From an uncultured Thiotrichales bacterium (lineage in GTDB: Bacteria > Pseudomonadota > Gammaproteobacteria > UBA4575), in contig CAZTNC010000019.1 of the NCBI GenBank assembly GCA_964614915.1, forward strand, positions 2,091 through 66,090: a stretch of DNA of 64,000 nucleotides, in the 5' to 3' direction. The translations under genes and the position numbers were made by a program. The notes under the pieces were generated by a model that saw only the letters and a list, made by a program, of their open reading frames with translations, did not search any database and had not been told where the DNA came from. Each line of letters starts with the position of its first letter. Position 1 is the first letter of the stretch. This document shows positions 28,406-40,416 of this stretch, in pieces.

Positions 28406-29485
28406 CTACTGCGCGGCTTCAAACTCAGACATGAATTCTGTCAGGCGATCAACGCCGGCATCGGGCATCGCATTGTACAGGCTTACCCGGACGCCACCCG
28501 CACTCCGATGGCCCTGCAATCCGAGCAACTGGCGCTGCTCCGCCTGGTGCAAAAAGTCTTCCAGGGTCCCGGCATCGTGAATCGCAAAGGGGATGTTGAT
28601 GCTTGAGCGAAACTCGGGGGCGACCCGGTTTTCATACAGTCGGCTTTCATCGAGCACCCGGTACAATTGCGCCGATCGCGCCAGGCTTCTTTGGTGCAGG
28701 GCGGGTAGACCGCCCTGCTCCCGCACCCAGTCCAGCACCTCGCGCAGTACATAGATGGCAAACACCGGGAGGGTGTTCACCACAGAGTCCTCCCGGACAT
28801 AGCGCCGGTAATCGTACAGGCGCGGGAGCGGCTCGTTCGCCCGCTCAAGCAGGTCCTTTCGGATGATCACAACGCAAAGCCCGGCAATGCCCAGGTTTTT
28901 CTGGGTACTGGCATAGATGAGCGAAAATTTTGGAATCTCGACGGGGTGCATGAGCAGGGATGAGGTCATGTCGCACACCAGTGCCCCCCGGGGCGCCTCC
29001 GGAGCCCCGGGAAATGCAATCCCCTGGATGGTCTCGTTGTCACAGAAATGCAGGTAGGCGGCTTGCGGGTCCAGGTCCCATTCATGCCTGGGTGCGATGC
29101 TCAGCGACTCGCCCTCGCACAAGGCCTGGACCTTGCGCACCTCGGCAAAACGTGCGGCCTCAGCACAGGCCCGCGAAGACCAAAAGCCCGTGCACAGGTA
29201 GTCAGCGAAGCGCCCGGGCCCGAGGAAATTCATGGGTAACATGGAGAACTGGCTGGTGGCCCCGCCGTGCATGAACAGCACCGCGAACTCCTCCGGGATC
29301 TGCAGCAGTTCGCGCAGCCCCTGCACGGCCTGGTCGCGGATCTCGAAAAACGCATCGCTGCGGTGTGGCAGTTCGAGCACGGAAAGTCCAGTGCCCCTGT
29401 AGTCCAGCAACTCGTTGCGGATTTTTTCCAGGACCGACCGGGGCAAGGCCGCAGGACCGGAACCAAAATAAAAAACTTCCTGCAT
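28406..29485 (-). CDS. serC: Phosphoserine aminotransferase
   Basis: 'FGSGPAALP', 'HGGATSQF', 'CDNETIQG', 'YASTQKNLG', 'GHRSAGGVRVSLYNAMP'. Confidence 0.96.
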   Translation of the reverse strand: MQEVFYFGSGPAALPRSVLEKIRNELLDYRGTGLSVLELPHRSDAFFEIRDQAVQGLRELLQIPEEFAVLFMHGGATSQFSMLPMNFLGPGRFADYLCTGFWSSRACAEAARFAEVRKVQALCEGESLSIAPRHEWDLDPQAAYLHFCDNETIQGIAFPGAPEAPRGALVCDMTSSLLMHPVEIPKFSLIYASTQKNLGIAGLCVVIIRKDLLERANEPLPRLYDYRRYVREDSVVNTLPVFAIYVLREVLDWVREQGGLPALHQRSLARSAQLYRVLDESRLYENRVAPEFRSSINIPFAIHDAGTLEDFLHQAEQRQLLGLQGHRSAGGVRVSLYNAMPDAGVDRLTEFMSEFEAAQ

Positions 29486-29514
29486 GGAATGTGTTCAGGC
29501 CCGTGGATGGGCCG

Positions 29515-32070
29515 TCAGTCCGGATCGTCGAGTTTTTCGATCCTTTCGACCTCGACCAGCTTTTCCTCTTCTGACAGGCGAATCAGGCGCACCCCCTGGG
29601 TGTTGCGGCCGGTCTTGGACACACCCTCGACCGGGGTGCGGACCAGCGTGCCGTTGTCGGTGATCAGCATGATTTCATCTTCGCTGGAGACCGGCATGGC
29701 TCCGACTACCTTTCCATTGCGCTCTCCAGTCTGGATGGTGATCACGCCCTTGCCGGCGCGGCTTCGCACTGGATAGTCCTCGATCCGGGTGCGTTTGCCA
29801 AAGCCGTTTTCGGTGGCCACCAGGATGTCCGTGGCTTCCATGTCCGGGCGAACCACCAGCAGGCTGATGACCTTCTGCCCTTCGTCCAAGCGCATGCCAC
29901 GCACTCCCCGGCTGGTGCGCCCGGTGGCCGTGACATTCTTTTCATTGAAGCGAATCGCCTTGCCCGCATCACTGACCATCAAGAGGTCGGTGTCGCCGTG
30001 CGTCATGACCACGCCGATCAGGTAATCCTCATCCCGCAAGTTAACTGCGATGATGCCGCCTGCACGGGGTCTGGAAAATGCTGTCAGGCGGGTCTTCTTG
30101 ATCGTGCCGCTGCTTGCAGCCATCACCACGTAGGCATCCTCACTGTATTCCTTGACGGGCAGTACGGCATTGATCCGCTCGCCTTCTCCAAGCGGCAGGA
30201 GATTGACGATCGGTTTGCCGCGCGCCGTACGACCGGCCTGCGGCAACTCGTAGACCTTGAGCCAGTAGACCTTGCCGTGGCTGGAAAAGCACAGGATGGT
30301 GTCGTGGGTGTTGGCGACGAACAGCTGGTCGACGAAATCCTCGGCTTTCACCGAGGTGGCGGCCTTGCCCTTGCCTCCACGGTGCTGGGGATTGTAGGTA
30401 TCCAGCGGCTGGGACTTGGCGTAGCCGCCGTGGGACAGTGTCACCACCACGCCCTCGTCCTGAATCAGGTCTTCCAGGGTGAGGTCGACCCGCTCCTCGG
30501 AGATTTCCGTGCGCCGTGCATCCCCGTACTGTTTGCGGACGGTCTCGAGCTCTTCGCGGATGACCTGCATGAGCCGCTCCGGGTCGCGCAGGATGTCCAG
30601 CAGGTTGCTGATCTTGTCAAGCAGGTCGCCGTAGTCCTTGACGATCTTGTCCTGCTCCAGGCTGGTGAGGCGGTGCAGACGCAAATCCAGGATGGCCTGG
30701 GCCTGGGCTGGTGACAGGCGGTACTCTTCGCCCTGCATCCCGTATTCTTCTTCCAGGCCCTCCGGGCGCGAAACATCGGCTCCGGAGCGCTCCAGCATGC
30801 GGGTGACCTCGCCGGGTTTCCAGGCCCTGGCGATCAGCTCGTCCTTGGCGATGGCCGGGCTGGCTGAGCCCTTGATGAGCGCGATGATCTCGTCGATGTT
30901 GGTCAGGGCCACGGCCAGGCCTTCGAGTATGTGGGCCCGTTCGCGTGCCTTGCGCAGTTCGAATATGGTACGACGGGTGACGACATCGCGGCGGTGGCGG
31001 ATGAACACCTGCAGGATCTGCCTGAGGTTGAGCAACCGGGGCTGGCCGTCCACCAGGGCCACCATGTTCATGCTGAACACGCTTTGCATAGGCGTGTGCT
31101 TGAACAGGTTGTTGAGGATAACCCCGCTGACCTCGTCGCGGCGCAGCTCGATGACGATGCGCATGCCGTCCTTGTCCGATTCATCCCGAAGGCCGTTGGC
31201 GGCGATACCTTCCAGGCGCTTCTCCTTGACCAAGTCGGCGATCTTGACGATCAGGTTGGCCTTGTTCACCTGGTACGGAAGCTCGGTGACCACGATGCGC
31301 TCGCGACCGCTCTTGGCATCCTGCTCGATGTGAGTGCGGGCACGCATGTGCACGCGGCCGCGCCCCGTGCTGTAGGCCTCATGGATGCCTTCCCGGCCGT
31401 TGATGATGGCCGCCGTCGGGAAATCCGGCCCGGGCAGGTGCTGCATCAGTTCCAAGACGTCCATGGCAGGGTTCTCGATCATGGCGATGCAGGCGTTGAT
31501 GACTTCGGTCAGGTTGTGTGGCGGGATGTTGGTCGCCATCCCCACAGCGATCCCCGAGGAGCCGTTGACCAGCAGGTTGGGAATCCGGGTGGGCAAAACC
31601 GTCGGCTCGGTTTCGGAGTTGTCATAGTTGGATGCGAAATCGACCGTCTCCTTGTCCAGGTCGGCCAGGATCTCGTGGGTGATTCTCGCCATGCGCACCT
31701 CGGTGTAGCGCATGGCAGCCGGTGCATCGCCGTCCACCGAACCGAAATTGCCCTGCCCATCGATCAGCATGTAGCGCATGGAAAACGGCTGCGCCATGCG
31801 CACTAGGGTGTCGTACACGGCAGACTCCCCGTGCGGGTGGTATTTACCGATGACATCACCTACGACCCGCGCAGATTTCTTGTATGGCTTGTTCCAGTCG
31901 TTGCCAAGTTCATTCATGGCGTGCAGTGCCCGGCGGTGCACCGGCTTGAGGCCATCTCGCACATCCGGCAGGGCACGCCCGACGATCACGCTCATGGCGT
32001 AATCGAGATACGACTGGCGCATCTCGTCCTCAAGATTGACGGAAAGGACTTCTTTGGCGATGACAGCCAT
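29515..32070 (-). CDS. gyrA: DNA gyrase subunit A
   Basis: '[28 protein letters not shown]', '[12 protein letters not shown]', 'AAMRYTE', GyrA box 'QHRGGKG'. Confidence 0.99.
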   Translation of the reverse strand: MAVIAKEVLSVNLEDEMRQSYLDYAMSVIVGRALPDVRDGLKPVHRRALHAMNELGNDWNKPYKKSARVVGDVIGKYHPHGESAVYDTLVRMAQPFSMRYMLIDGQGNFGSVDGDAPAAMRYTEVRMARITHEILADLDKETVDFASNYDNSETEPTVLPTRIPNLLVNGSSGIAVGMATNIPPHNLTEVINACIAMIENPAMDVLELMQHLPGPDFPTAAIINGREGIHEAYSTGRGRVHMRARTHIEQDAKSGRERIVVTELPYQVNKANLIVKIADLVKEKRLEGIAANGLRDESDKDGMRIVIELRRDEVSGVILNNLFKHTPMQSVFSMNMVALVDGQPRLLNLRQILQVFIRHRRDVVTRRTIFELRKARERAHILEGLAVALTNIDEIIALIKGSASPAIAKDELIARAWKPGEVTRMLERSGADVSRPEGLEEEYGMQGEEYRLSPAQAQAILDLRLHRLTSLEQDKIVKDYGDLLDKISNLLDILRDPERLMQVIREELETVRKQYGDARRTEISEERVDLTLEDLIQDEGVVVTLSHGGYAKSQPLDTYNPQHRGGKGKAATSVKAEDFVDQLFVANTHDTILCFSSHGKVYWLKVYELPQAGRTARGKPIVNLLPLGEGERINAVLPVKEYSEDAYVVMAASSGTIKKTRLTAFSRPRAGGIIAVNLRDEDYLIGVVMTHGDTDLLMVSDAGKAIRFNEKNVTATGRTSRGVRGMRLDEGQKVISLLVVRPDMEATDILVATENGFGKRTRIEDYPVRSRAGKGVITIQTGERNGKVVGAMPVSSEDEIMLITDNGTLVRTPVEGVSKTGRNTQGVRLIRLSEEEKLVEVERIEKLDDPD

Positions 32071-32116
32071 TAGCGAAACGCGGGGAGGGGCTTAATACTC
32101 ATTTTCAGGCCCTAAA

Positions 32117-32125
32117 GTATAACAC
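32117..32125 (-). promoter_or_regulatory. Candidate extended -10 (TG-T-TATACT) of gyrA
   Basis: Plus-strand AGTATAACA about 50 bp upstream of the gyrA ATG. Confidence 0.45.
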
Positions 32126-32250
32126 ACGCCCCCGAATAGTAGCGTTGAAAAAAAGGCATCCAAAACGAAATAAAAATGCCCTGAAAGCAAAATTCAGAAT
32201 TTTTCGAGCGTGTTATTTTCCGTGGCCAGGAGAAAAAAGAGATTTTTGGC

Positions 32251-33291
<1,041 letters not shown>

Positions 33292-33410
33292 ACGGTTTGA
33301 TGATCACTGCGGCACGGGTGCGCAGGCCGTATTGCCTGTGCGAAGCATGCCATAGCATAATGCGTGGGCCGTTCCCCGATGAAGCCACACCCCAACCCGC
33401 AGGACGCGCA

Positions 33411-34739
33411 ATGAAACACGTAGACACCCTGATTCATGGAAAGCATGTCATCCCCGTCGATGACCATGGGCAGACGCTGGACGACACCGCCATTGCGGTG
33501 CATGAAGGGGGCATCGTCGACATCCTGCCGAGCGCTGCCGCAAAGAGCCGATACTCATCCGATGCATCATATACGTACGATCATCACCTTGTCATACCCG
33601 GGCTCATCAACGCGCACACCCACGCCGGCATGTCCCTGTTCCGCGGCATGGCCAGCGACCTGCCGCTGATGGAATGGCTCAACGACCACATCTGGCCAGC
33701 CGAGAAAAAATGGGTCAATGAAGATTTTGTCCGGCTGGGCACGCGGCTTGCCATTGCCGAGATGATTCGCGGCGGCGTCACCTGCTTCAACGACATGTAC
33801 TTCTTTGCCGAGATTGCAGCAGAAGAAGTAATGCAGTCCGGTATGCGCGCGCATCTGGGCATGATCGTGCTGGACTTTCCCACCGCCTATGCGAAAGATG
33901 CCGACGAGTACCTCGACAGGGGGCTGGAGCTGTATCACCGTTACCGCGACCCGTCCCGGGTGCAGTGCACGCTGGCCCCGCACGCCCCCTACACGGTCTC
34001 TGATGACCCGCTGAAACGCGTCGCCGAACTGGCACACGAACACGGCTTGCCGGTTCACATCCACGTGCATGAAACCGAAAACGAGATCTCGATGAGCCTG
34101 GAGCAGCACCGGTGCCGACCCCTGCAGCGCTTGAATGATCTCGGGCTGGTCAACGACCGACTGGTGGCCGTGCACATGACACAGCTGCAGGACGAGGAAA
34201 TCGCCTTGCTGGCCGAGGTCGGGGCCAGCATCGTGCACTGCCCGCAGTCGAACCTGAAACTGGCCAGCGGCTTCTGCCCGGTGCAAAAACTGCTGGATGC
34301 CCGGGTGAACGTCACCGTTGGCACCGACAGCTGCTCGAGCAATGACGACCTGGACCTTCTGGGTGAAATGCAAACCGCGGCCCTGCTGGCCAAGGGTGTG
34401 GCAGGCGATGCCGAAGCCCTGCCGGCCCACACTGCCCTGCGGTGCGCCACGATCAATGCCGCCAAAGCCCTGGGGATTGACGACAGGACCGGCTCACTGG
34501 AAGTCGGCAAGGCCGCGGACGTCACGGTCATCGACATCGAACGGATCGAGGCCCAGCCGCTGTATGACCCGGTGGCGCATGCGGTCTATGCCACGCAACG
34601 GGCGCAGGTATGTGATGTCTGGGTGGAAGGCGGACTGCTGCTGCACGACCAACAGCTGCAGACCCTGGATGCCGAGCGCATCCTGGCCGAAACCCGGGAC
34701 TGGAACAAAAAAATCTCGAACGGCAAAAACATCCACTGA
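33411..34739 (+). CDS. mtaD: TRZ/ATZ-family amidohydrolase (MTA/SAH/5'-deoxyadenosine deaminase)
   Basis: 'PGLINAHTHAGM', 'FNDMYF', 'APHAPYTV', 'HIHVHET', 'GTDSCSSN'; divergent from mtnA. Confidence 0.85.
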   Translation: MKHVDTLIHGKHVIPVDDHGQTLDDTAIAVHEGGIVDILPSAAAKSRYSSDASYTYDHHLVIPGLINAHTHAGMSLFRGMASDLPLMEWLNDHIWPAEKKWVNEDFVRLGTRLAIAEMIRGGVTCFNDMYFFAEIAAEEVMQSGMRAHLGMIVLDFPTAYAKDADEYLDRGLELYHRYRDPSRVQCTLAPHAPYTVSDDPLKRVAELAHEHGLPVHIHVHETENEISMSLEQHRCRPLQRLNDLGLVNDRLVAVHMTQLQDEEIALLAEVGASIVHCPQSNLKLASGFCPVQKLLDARVNVTVGTDSCSSNDDLDLLGEMQTAALLAKGVAGDAEALPAHTALRCATINAAKALGIDDRTGSLEVGKAADVTVIDIERIEAQPLYDPVAHAVYATQRAQVCDVWVEGGLLLHDQQLQTLDAERILAETRDWNKKISNGKNIH

Positions 34740-34809
34740 TGTATCGCGTTACACTATAGGCAACCACAACCCGATGCCTTCCACGCGGAGGATCCCCGAG
34801 CATAAAAGC

Positions 34810-35520
34810 ATGCTGTCCACACCCTCGAATCTTGACGAAAGCGAACTGGCGAAATTCGAAGCGCTTGCACAGCGCTGGTGGGACAGGGACGGGGCGTTCA
34901 AGGCCCTGCACGACATCAATCCCCTGCGCCTGGACTTTATCGAGGATCGCGCGGAACTAACTGGCAAGAAGGTGCTGGACATCGGTTGCGGCGGCGGCAT
35001 CCTGGCAGAAGGCCTGGCCCGGCGAGGGGCCGAGGTCAAGGCCATCGACCTGGGCGATGCCTCCCTGGCCGTAGCCCGCGCGCATGCAAGCGAACAGGGG
35101 CTTGAGATCGAATACCAGTCGATCGCAGCCGAAACATTGGCCGAGCAGGAGCCCGCATCGTTTGACGTGGTCACCTGCCTGGAGATGCTCGAGCACGTGC
35201 CGGACCCGTCAGCCATCGTTGAGGCCAGTGCACGACTGGTCAAACCGGGTGGCGACGTGTTCTTCTCCACGATCAACCGCAACCTCAGGGCCCTGCTGGT
35301 CATGATCGTGGGCGGCGAGTACGTCATGCAGATGGTGCCCCGGGGCACGCACGAATACGAGAAACTGATCCGCCCGGGTGAACTCGACCGCTGGATTCGC
35401 CGTGCAGGCATGCATGCGCAGGAGATCCGGGGGATGAGTTACAACCTGCTGAACCAGACCTATCGCCTGTCCGACGACCTGGGCACCAACTACCTGGTGC
35501 ATGCCTGCAGGCCCGCCTAG
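34810..35520 (+). CDS. ubiG: Ubiquinone biosynthesis O-methyltransferase
   Basis: 'ELAKFEALAQRWWD...LHDINPLRL', 'VLDIGCGGGIL', 'CLEMLEHVPDP'. Confidence 0.96.
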   Translation: MLSTPSNLDESELAKFEALAQRWWDRDGAFKALHDINPLRLDFIEDRAELTGKKVLDIGCGGGILAEGLARRGAEVKAIDLGDASLAVARAHASEQGLEIEYQSIAAETLAEQEPASFDVVTCLEMLEHVPDPSAIVEASARLVKPGGDVFFSTINRNLRALLVMIVGGEYVMQMVPRGTHEYEKLIRPGELDRWIRRAGMHAQEIRGMSYNLLNQTYRLSDDLGTNYLVHACRPA

Positions 35521-35529
35521 CCCTTCCAC

Positions 35530-36204
35530 ATGCCCAGTCCATCCCAGGTGCGTGCGGTCCTTTTCGATCTTGACGGGACCCTGGCCGATACGGCCCCGGA
35601 CATGAGCGATTCCCTGAATGAATTGCTGATGCGCCACGGCCGGCAAACGCTGGACTACCAGGAGGTGCGAAAACACACCTCGCGGGGAGGCCTCGCGCTG
35701 ATCAAGCTCGGCTACAACGGTACCCTGGACGCCGACGAGACGTTGCAGCTTCGCGATGAATTCCTGCAGATCTATGCCCGACGCCTGCATGACAAGACGC
35801 GCCTGTTCCCGGGCGTGCTGGCACTGCTCGACCACCTGGACGAGGCCGGGCTGCCCTGGGGCATCGTGACCAACAAGCCGGGCTGGCTGACCGAGCCGCT
35901 GGTCGAGAAACTGGAGCTCGCCCCGCGTGCAAGCTGCACCATCAGCGGGGACTCGCTGCCGGAGAGAAAACCCCGCCCCGAGCCGCTCTCAAGAGCTGCG
36001 GACCTGATGAACGTGGACCCGGCCGAGTGCCTCTACATGGGGGATGACCCACGCGACATCCAGGCCGGCAAGGCGGCCAGCATGAAAACGGCGGTGGCGG
36101 CCTACGGCTACATCCAGGATCACCAGGACCCGCATGCCTGGGGGGCGGACGTGGTGCTCGAGGCGGCCCTGGAACTGAAGGACTGGCTGAGTCTGCACGG
36201 CTGA
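35530..36204 (+). CDS. gph: Phosphoglycolate phosphatase-like HAD hydrolase
   Basis: 'LFDLDGTLADT', 'VTNKP', 'KPRPEPL', 'MGDDPRD'; follows ubiG. Confidence 0.85.
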   Translation: MPSPSQVRAVLFDLDGTLADTAPDMSDSLNELLMRHGRQTLDYQEVRKHTSRGGLALIKLGYNGTLDADETLQLRDEFLQIYARRLHDKTRLFPGVLALLDHLDEAGLPWGIVTNKPGWLTEPLVEKLELAPRASCTISGDSLPERKPRPEPLSRAADLMNVDPAECLYMGDDPRDIQAGKAASMKTAVAAYGYIQDHQDPHAWGADVVLEAALELKDWLSLHG

Positions 36205-36217
36205 GCCGGCTGCCATC

Positions 36218-37507
36218 ATGCCCGTTGCAGACCTCCAACATCCCGGCTTGCTGACCCTGCTCGGTGCCTGTCTGTTCGTGCTCGGCGCAGGACTCGGCGC
36301 ATGGATGGCACACCTTCGAAAACGCAGGGCCCTTGATGCCCTCGAAGCCGAGGTCCAGCGCCTTCGCATGCAGCTCGAACTTGAAAAAGAGCGCCATGCC
36401 GAGAAGCTGCAGAGTATCGAGGCGGTCAGCCTGCAACTGCAGCAAACCTTCACGAGCCTGTCACAGCAGGCCCTGCAGTCCAACAACGAGAATTTTCTTC
36501 GGCTGGCCAAGGAGAAGCTTTCGCAATACCAGATCCAGGCGGAAGCCAGCCTTGAGAAGAAGGAAAAGGCCATTGAAACCCTGCTGCAGCCCATCAACGA
36601 GGCCCTGAAACAGACGGAATCCCAGATCAGGGCGATCGAAAAGGAACGCAAGGAGTCGTACGGTTCGCTGACAGAGCATCTCAAGCTGATCAACGAATCC
36701 CAGAGCGAGCTGCGCACAGAGACCCAGAACCTGGTGCAGGCCCTGCGACGTCCCGAGGTGCGCGGACAGTGGGGTGAGCTGACGCTCAGGCGCATTGCCG
36801 AGCTCGCGGGCATGGTGAGCTACTGTGACTTCTACGAACAGCAGTCAGGCGAGGAGGATGACCGCCGCATGCGCCCGGACATGGTGGTTCGAATGCCGGA
36901 CCAAAGGGAGTTGATCGTGGATGCGAAAACACCGCTGGACGCCTACCTGAGCGCGGTCCAGACCCGGGACAGCAAAGAGCGAGAGGAGTTGCTGCACCGG
37001 CATGCGCGCCATGTTCGAGAACGCATGCGAGAGCTGGCCAGCAAGGCCTACTGGAACCAGTTCAGCCATTCCCCGGACTTTATCGTGCTGTTCATCCCCG
37101 GGGAGCAGTTCCTAGCCGCAGCCCTCGAACTGGACCCGCAACTGCTGGAAGATGCACTGGCCAACAAGGTGATCCTCGCCACCCCCACCAGCATCATCGC
37201 CCTGCTTCGCGCGGTGGCCTTCGGATGGCGCCAGCAGTCGGTTGCGAAAAACGCCGAGGAGATTCGGAAACTGGGCGAGGAATTGTATAAACGCCTGGCC
37301 ACTTTCGTTGAACACCTGCAGAAACTGGGCAAGAGCCTGGATGCCAGTGTGGATCAGTTCAACAAGGCGACCGGCTCGCTGGACCGTCAGGTGCTGCCGG
37401 GTGCACGAAAGTTCGATGAGCTTGGAATCGAGAAGAAAAAAGAGATTCCCGAGCTGAAAATGGTCGAATCGTCCGCACGCATAAAAGACAAGGCCGACCA
37501 TGCCTAG
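36218..37507 (+). CDS. rmuC: DNA recombination protein RmuC
   Basis: 'RGQWGELTLRRIAE', 'RPDMVVRMP...VDAK', 'DFIVLFIPGE', 'ATPTSIIALL'. Confidence 0.93.
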   Translation: MPVADLQHPGLLTLLGACLFVLGAGLGAWMAHLRKRRALDALEAEVQRLRMQLELEKERHAEKLQSIEAVSLQLQQTFTSLSQQALQSNNENFLRLAKEKLSQYQIQAEASLEKKEKAIETLLQPINEALKQTESQIRAIEKERKESYGSLTEHLKLINESQSELRTETQNLVQALRRPEVRGQWGELTLRRIAELAGMVSYCDFYEQQSGEEDDRRMRPDMVVRMPDQRELIVDAKTPLDAYLSAVQTRDSKEREELLHRHARHVRERMRELASKAYWNQFSHSPDFIVLFIPGEQFLAAALELDPQLLEDALANKVILATPTSIIALLRAVAFGWRQQSVAKNAEEIRKLGEELYKRLATFVEHLQKLGKSLDASVDQFNKATGSLDRQVLPGARKFDELGIEKKKEIPELKMVESSARIKDKADHA

Positions 37508-37557
37508 GGGCCACCTGGACTTCACCACTCTTGATTCAGCAGCTTAACGATTACCGC

Positions 37558-38289
37558 ATGGACGCGGGCGGCCTTGAAGGTCGCATGGTGCTCATTACCG
37601 GGGCCACCGGCGGCATCGGCCAGGCGCTCGCATCGTCTTGCGCTGAACACGGGGCCCGGCTTGTGCTGATGTCCAGAAATGAGCGCAAACTGGAGAAGCT
37701 GTGCCAGCAGCTGACCCGGGACTCCGGCCCGGTCCACCTGCACTATGCGATGGACCACGCGCGCTCAGGTGAGATCGATTATCTGCGCTTCGCCGAATTC
37801 CTGGAAAAGCAGGACTGTCCGCTGGATTCGCTGGTGATCAATGCAGGCTACATTGCAGCCCTGCAGGGGGTGAGAAATTATCCACTGGATACCTGGCTTC
37901 GCACCGTGACCATCAACCAGCATGCTGCATATTTGCTGGCTCGCTCCTGCATTCCGCAGCTCGAGGCCTCGACAGACCCCAGTATCGTGTTTTCCAACCA
38001 CGCCTGCACCAGTGCGTACTGGGGGGCCTATGCCGTGGCCAAGTCTGCATTGCAGGGGCTGATGGAGGTGCTGGCGGACGAGCTCGACGGCGACAAGCCC
38101 ATTCGCGTGAACGGCGTGGACCCGGCTCCGGTGTCCACCAAGCTCAGAATCGCGCATTTTCCTGGGGTTGACCCGAAATCCTACGCGCAGCCGCAAGACA
38201 TCATTGCCCCTTACCTGTACTTCATCGGACCCGACAGCCGGGGCACAACAGGTGCCAACTACAAGGTGAATCCCGACTACACCGGTTGA
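37558..38289 (+). CDS. YciK-like short-chain dehydrogenase/reductase
   Basis: 'LITGATGGIG', 'YWGAYAVAK', 'VNGVDPAP'. Start uncertain (37531 or 37558). Confidence 0.85.
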   Translation: MDAGGLEGRMVLITGATGGIGQALASSCAEHGARLVLMSRNERKLEKLCQQLTRDSGPVHLHYAMDHARSGEIDYLRFAEFLEKQDCPLDSLVINAGYIAALQGVRNYPLDTWLRTVTINQHAAYLLARSCIPQLEASTDPSIVFSNHACTSAYWGAYAVAKSALQGLMEVLADELDGDKPIRVNGVDPAPVSTKLRIAHFPGVDPKSYAQPQDIIAPYLYFIGPDSRGTTGANYKVNPDYTG

Positions 38290-38924
38290 TGCCGGTGCCT
38301 GTAAAACCGGCACGCCGAATTCAAACGACAGGCCCCGCACCTCGGTGCTGGCCAGCAGACTTCCTTGCCATGTCGCACAATCAGGGCGTGGAACTGTGCA
38401 AAGATGCCAGCGCGTCCGGCCAACTGCTGTTCGAAGACTGCGCGAAGCTCCTCGTACGCCTCATTCCCCTGGATGGCCCCCAGACGGGCAAAGATTCTAC
38501 GCGTGTAGGCATCGATCACGAACACCGGCCGGTGAAAGGCATACAGCAGTATGTCATCGGCGGTCTCCGGACCCACCCCGTGCACGCCCAGCAGGGCCTT
38601 TCGCAAACGCTGCGTGGGCCAGTAACGCAGCTTCCGGTACCCGCCTGCGTTCACGTACCAGTCACAGAAACATCCAAGCCGCCTGGCCTTCACATTGAAG
38701 TAGCCGGACGGGCGAATCAGCTGGGCCAGCAGGCCGGGGTCGGCACCCACGATGGCATCGGCGCACAGCATGTCCGCCGCCTTCAGGTTTGCGATGGCCT
38801 TCTCGACATTCGTCCAGGCCGTATTTTGCGTGAGGATGGCCCCGACCATGACCTCAAACCGGTCCTCGGCCGGCCACCAGTCCTGCGGGCCGTGCTGCTC
38901 AAGCAACATCGCATGGGCCCGCAT
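38277..38924 (-). CDS. Endonuclease III-like HhH-GPD protein with 4Fe-4S motif
   Basis: 'GPQDWWP', 'GAILTQNTAWTNV', 'GVGPETADDILLYA', 'CWPAPRCGACRLNSAC'. Start uncertain. Confidence 0.88.
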   Translation of the reverse strand: MRAHAMLLEQHGPQDWWPAEDRFEVMVGAILTQNTAWTNVEKAIANLKAADMLCADAIVGADPGLLAQLIRPSGYFNVKARRLGCFCDWYVNAGGYRKLRYWPTQRLRKALLGVHGVGPETADDILLYAFHRPVFVIDAYTRRIFARLGAIQGNEAYEELRAVFEQQLAGRAGIFAQFHALIVRHGKEVCWPAPRCGACRLNSACRFYRHRHQPV

Positions 38925-38982
38925 TGCCCATGGCCTGCGTGCATGCCGGTCGGGATCGATGGCCTTGCACACGGTCCGGGCT

Positions 38983-39732
38983 TCAGCCGATGGCACGATA
39001 CAGCTGCCCGACCTGGGTGGCCGACAACTCAAGCGATGTACCGGCTCGCAACGTGTCCGGCAAACTAAGCGGCCCAAATCGAATCCGGACCAGGCGGCTG
39101 ACTTCCAGCCCCTGTGACTCCCACAGCCTGCGCACGATGCGGTTTCGCCCTTCCCGCAGCACGGCCCGACACCAGGTATTGGTTCCCGTGGATGCCTGCA
39201 CATCCAGCACGTCCATTCGGGCTGTGCCGTCCTCGAGCCGCACGCCGGAGCGCAGCCTGGACACCATTTCCTCCGTGATCGTTCCGCGGACACGCACGCG
39301 GTATTCACGCTCCAGGCCGCTTCCGGGGTGCATCAATGCATGCGCCAGTGCACCGTCGGTGGTCAGCAGCAACAGGCCCGAGGTATTGAGGTCAAGTCGG
39401 CCCACCGCGACCCAGCGGCCCGAATCCAGGGATGGCAGTCGCTCGAACACCGTGGTGCGCTGCTGCGTGTCGCGGCGGGTGACGATCTCACCGACCGGCT
39501 TGTGATACAGGAGGACCCGGGTGGGGACCTGCGCATGCAGGTCCACCGGGGTACCGCACACCGAAATACGTTCATCACCCTGGATATGCTGCCCCGGCTC
39601 GCAGCGCCTGCCATTGACCAGTACATCGCCCGATGCAATCCAGCTTTCAATCTGACGGCGTGAGGCAATCCCCAGGTGGGCCAGTCGCTTTTGAATCCGT
39701 TGTGACACCTGCGGTACTTTGGGTGAGGCCAC
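38983..39732 (-). CDS. rluB: 23S rRNA pseudouridine synthase B
   Basis: S4 domain 'LGIASRRQIE', 'VGRLDLNTSGLLLLT', 'EGRNRIVRR'; scpAB synteny. Confidence 0.9.
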   Translation of the reverse strand: MASPKVPQVSQRIQKRLAHLGIASRRQIESWIASGDVLVNGRRCEPGQHIQGDERISVCGTPVDLHAQVPTRVLLYHKPVGEIVTRRDTQQRTTVFERLPSLDSGRWVAVGRLDLNTSGLLLLTTDGALAHALMHPGSGLEREYRVRVRGTITEEMVSRLRSGVRLEDGTARMDVLDVQASTGTNTWCRAVLREGRNRIVRRLWESQGLEVSRLVRIRFGPLSLPDTLRAGTSLELSATQVGQLYRAIG

Positions 39733-39774
39733 CGGGGCATGCCGGGTGCGGGAAGTGGCACCCGGGGTGCGAAG

Positions 39775-40416
39775 TCAATGACGGGTTTCGTGGGCCTCCA
39801 CCAGCTCCCCGGAGTCCGCCACCACGCGCAAGGGGGATTTTTCATCTGTTTGCGGGCTCGGCAAATCCAGTTCCGGATGCGCCAGGTCCAGATCCTTCAG
39901 CTCGGCGAGGCTCGGCATCTCTTCCAGCGACTTCAGGTTGAAGTAATCGAGGAACTGCTGGGTACTGCCGTACAAGGCCGGGCGCCCGGGAACTTCCTTG
40001 TGACCCACCACGCGTACCCATTCTCGCTCGAGCAGGGTCTTGATGATATTGCTGCTGACGCTGACCCCGCGCACCTCCTCGATTTCTCCGCGCGTGATCG
40101 GCTGGCGGTACACGATCAGCGACAGGGTCTCGAGCAGGGCCCGTGAATAGCGCGGAGGCTTTTCCTGCCACAGGCGCGCCACCCAGGGCTGCACGTCGGC
40201 ACGGGTCTGGTAACGCCAGCCGCTGGCGACCTTGCGAAGCTCAACGCCCCGGCCCTCGCATTCGCTCTGCAGGCTGGCAATGGCGGCCCTCACCTGCGCC
40301 CGGCCCGGCTGGTCGGCATCCTGCTCGAACAGGCGCATCAGCCGGTCGATGGTCAGTGCGCTATCCGCGGCCATCAGGGCCGCCTCAACGACGCGTTTGA
40401 CTTCGGTATCATTCAT
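39775..40416 (-). CDS. scpB: SMC-Scp complex subunit ScpB
   Basis: 'VVEAALMAA', 'YSRALLETL...YRQPITRGEIEEVRGV', 'PGRPALYG'. Confidence 0.95.
   Translation of the reverse strand: MNDTEVKRVVEAALMAADSALTIDRLMRLFEQDADQPGRAQVRAAIASLQSECEGRGVELRKVASGWRYQTRADVQPWVARLWQEKPPRYSRALLETLSLIVYRQPITRGEIEEVRGVSVSSNIIKTLLEREWVRVVGHKEVPGRPALYGSTQQFLDYFNLKSLEEMPSLAELKDLDLAHPELDLPSPQTDEKSPLRVVADSGELVEAHETRH

Noticed and set aside
38546-38557. 12-nt match (GCAGTATGTCAT) between the Cas9 spacer (5609-5620) and the endonuclease III-like gene
   Set aside because: The two PAM-proximal guide bases (AA) mismatch the site (TG), and the match does not extend distally. A 12-mer hit somewhere in 128 kb of both strands is plausible by chance. 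Worth revisiting only if the repeat boundary is redefined.
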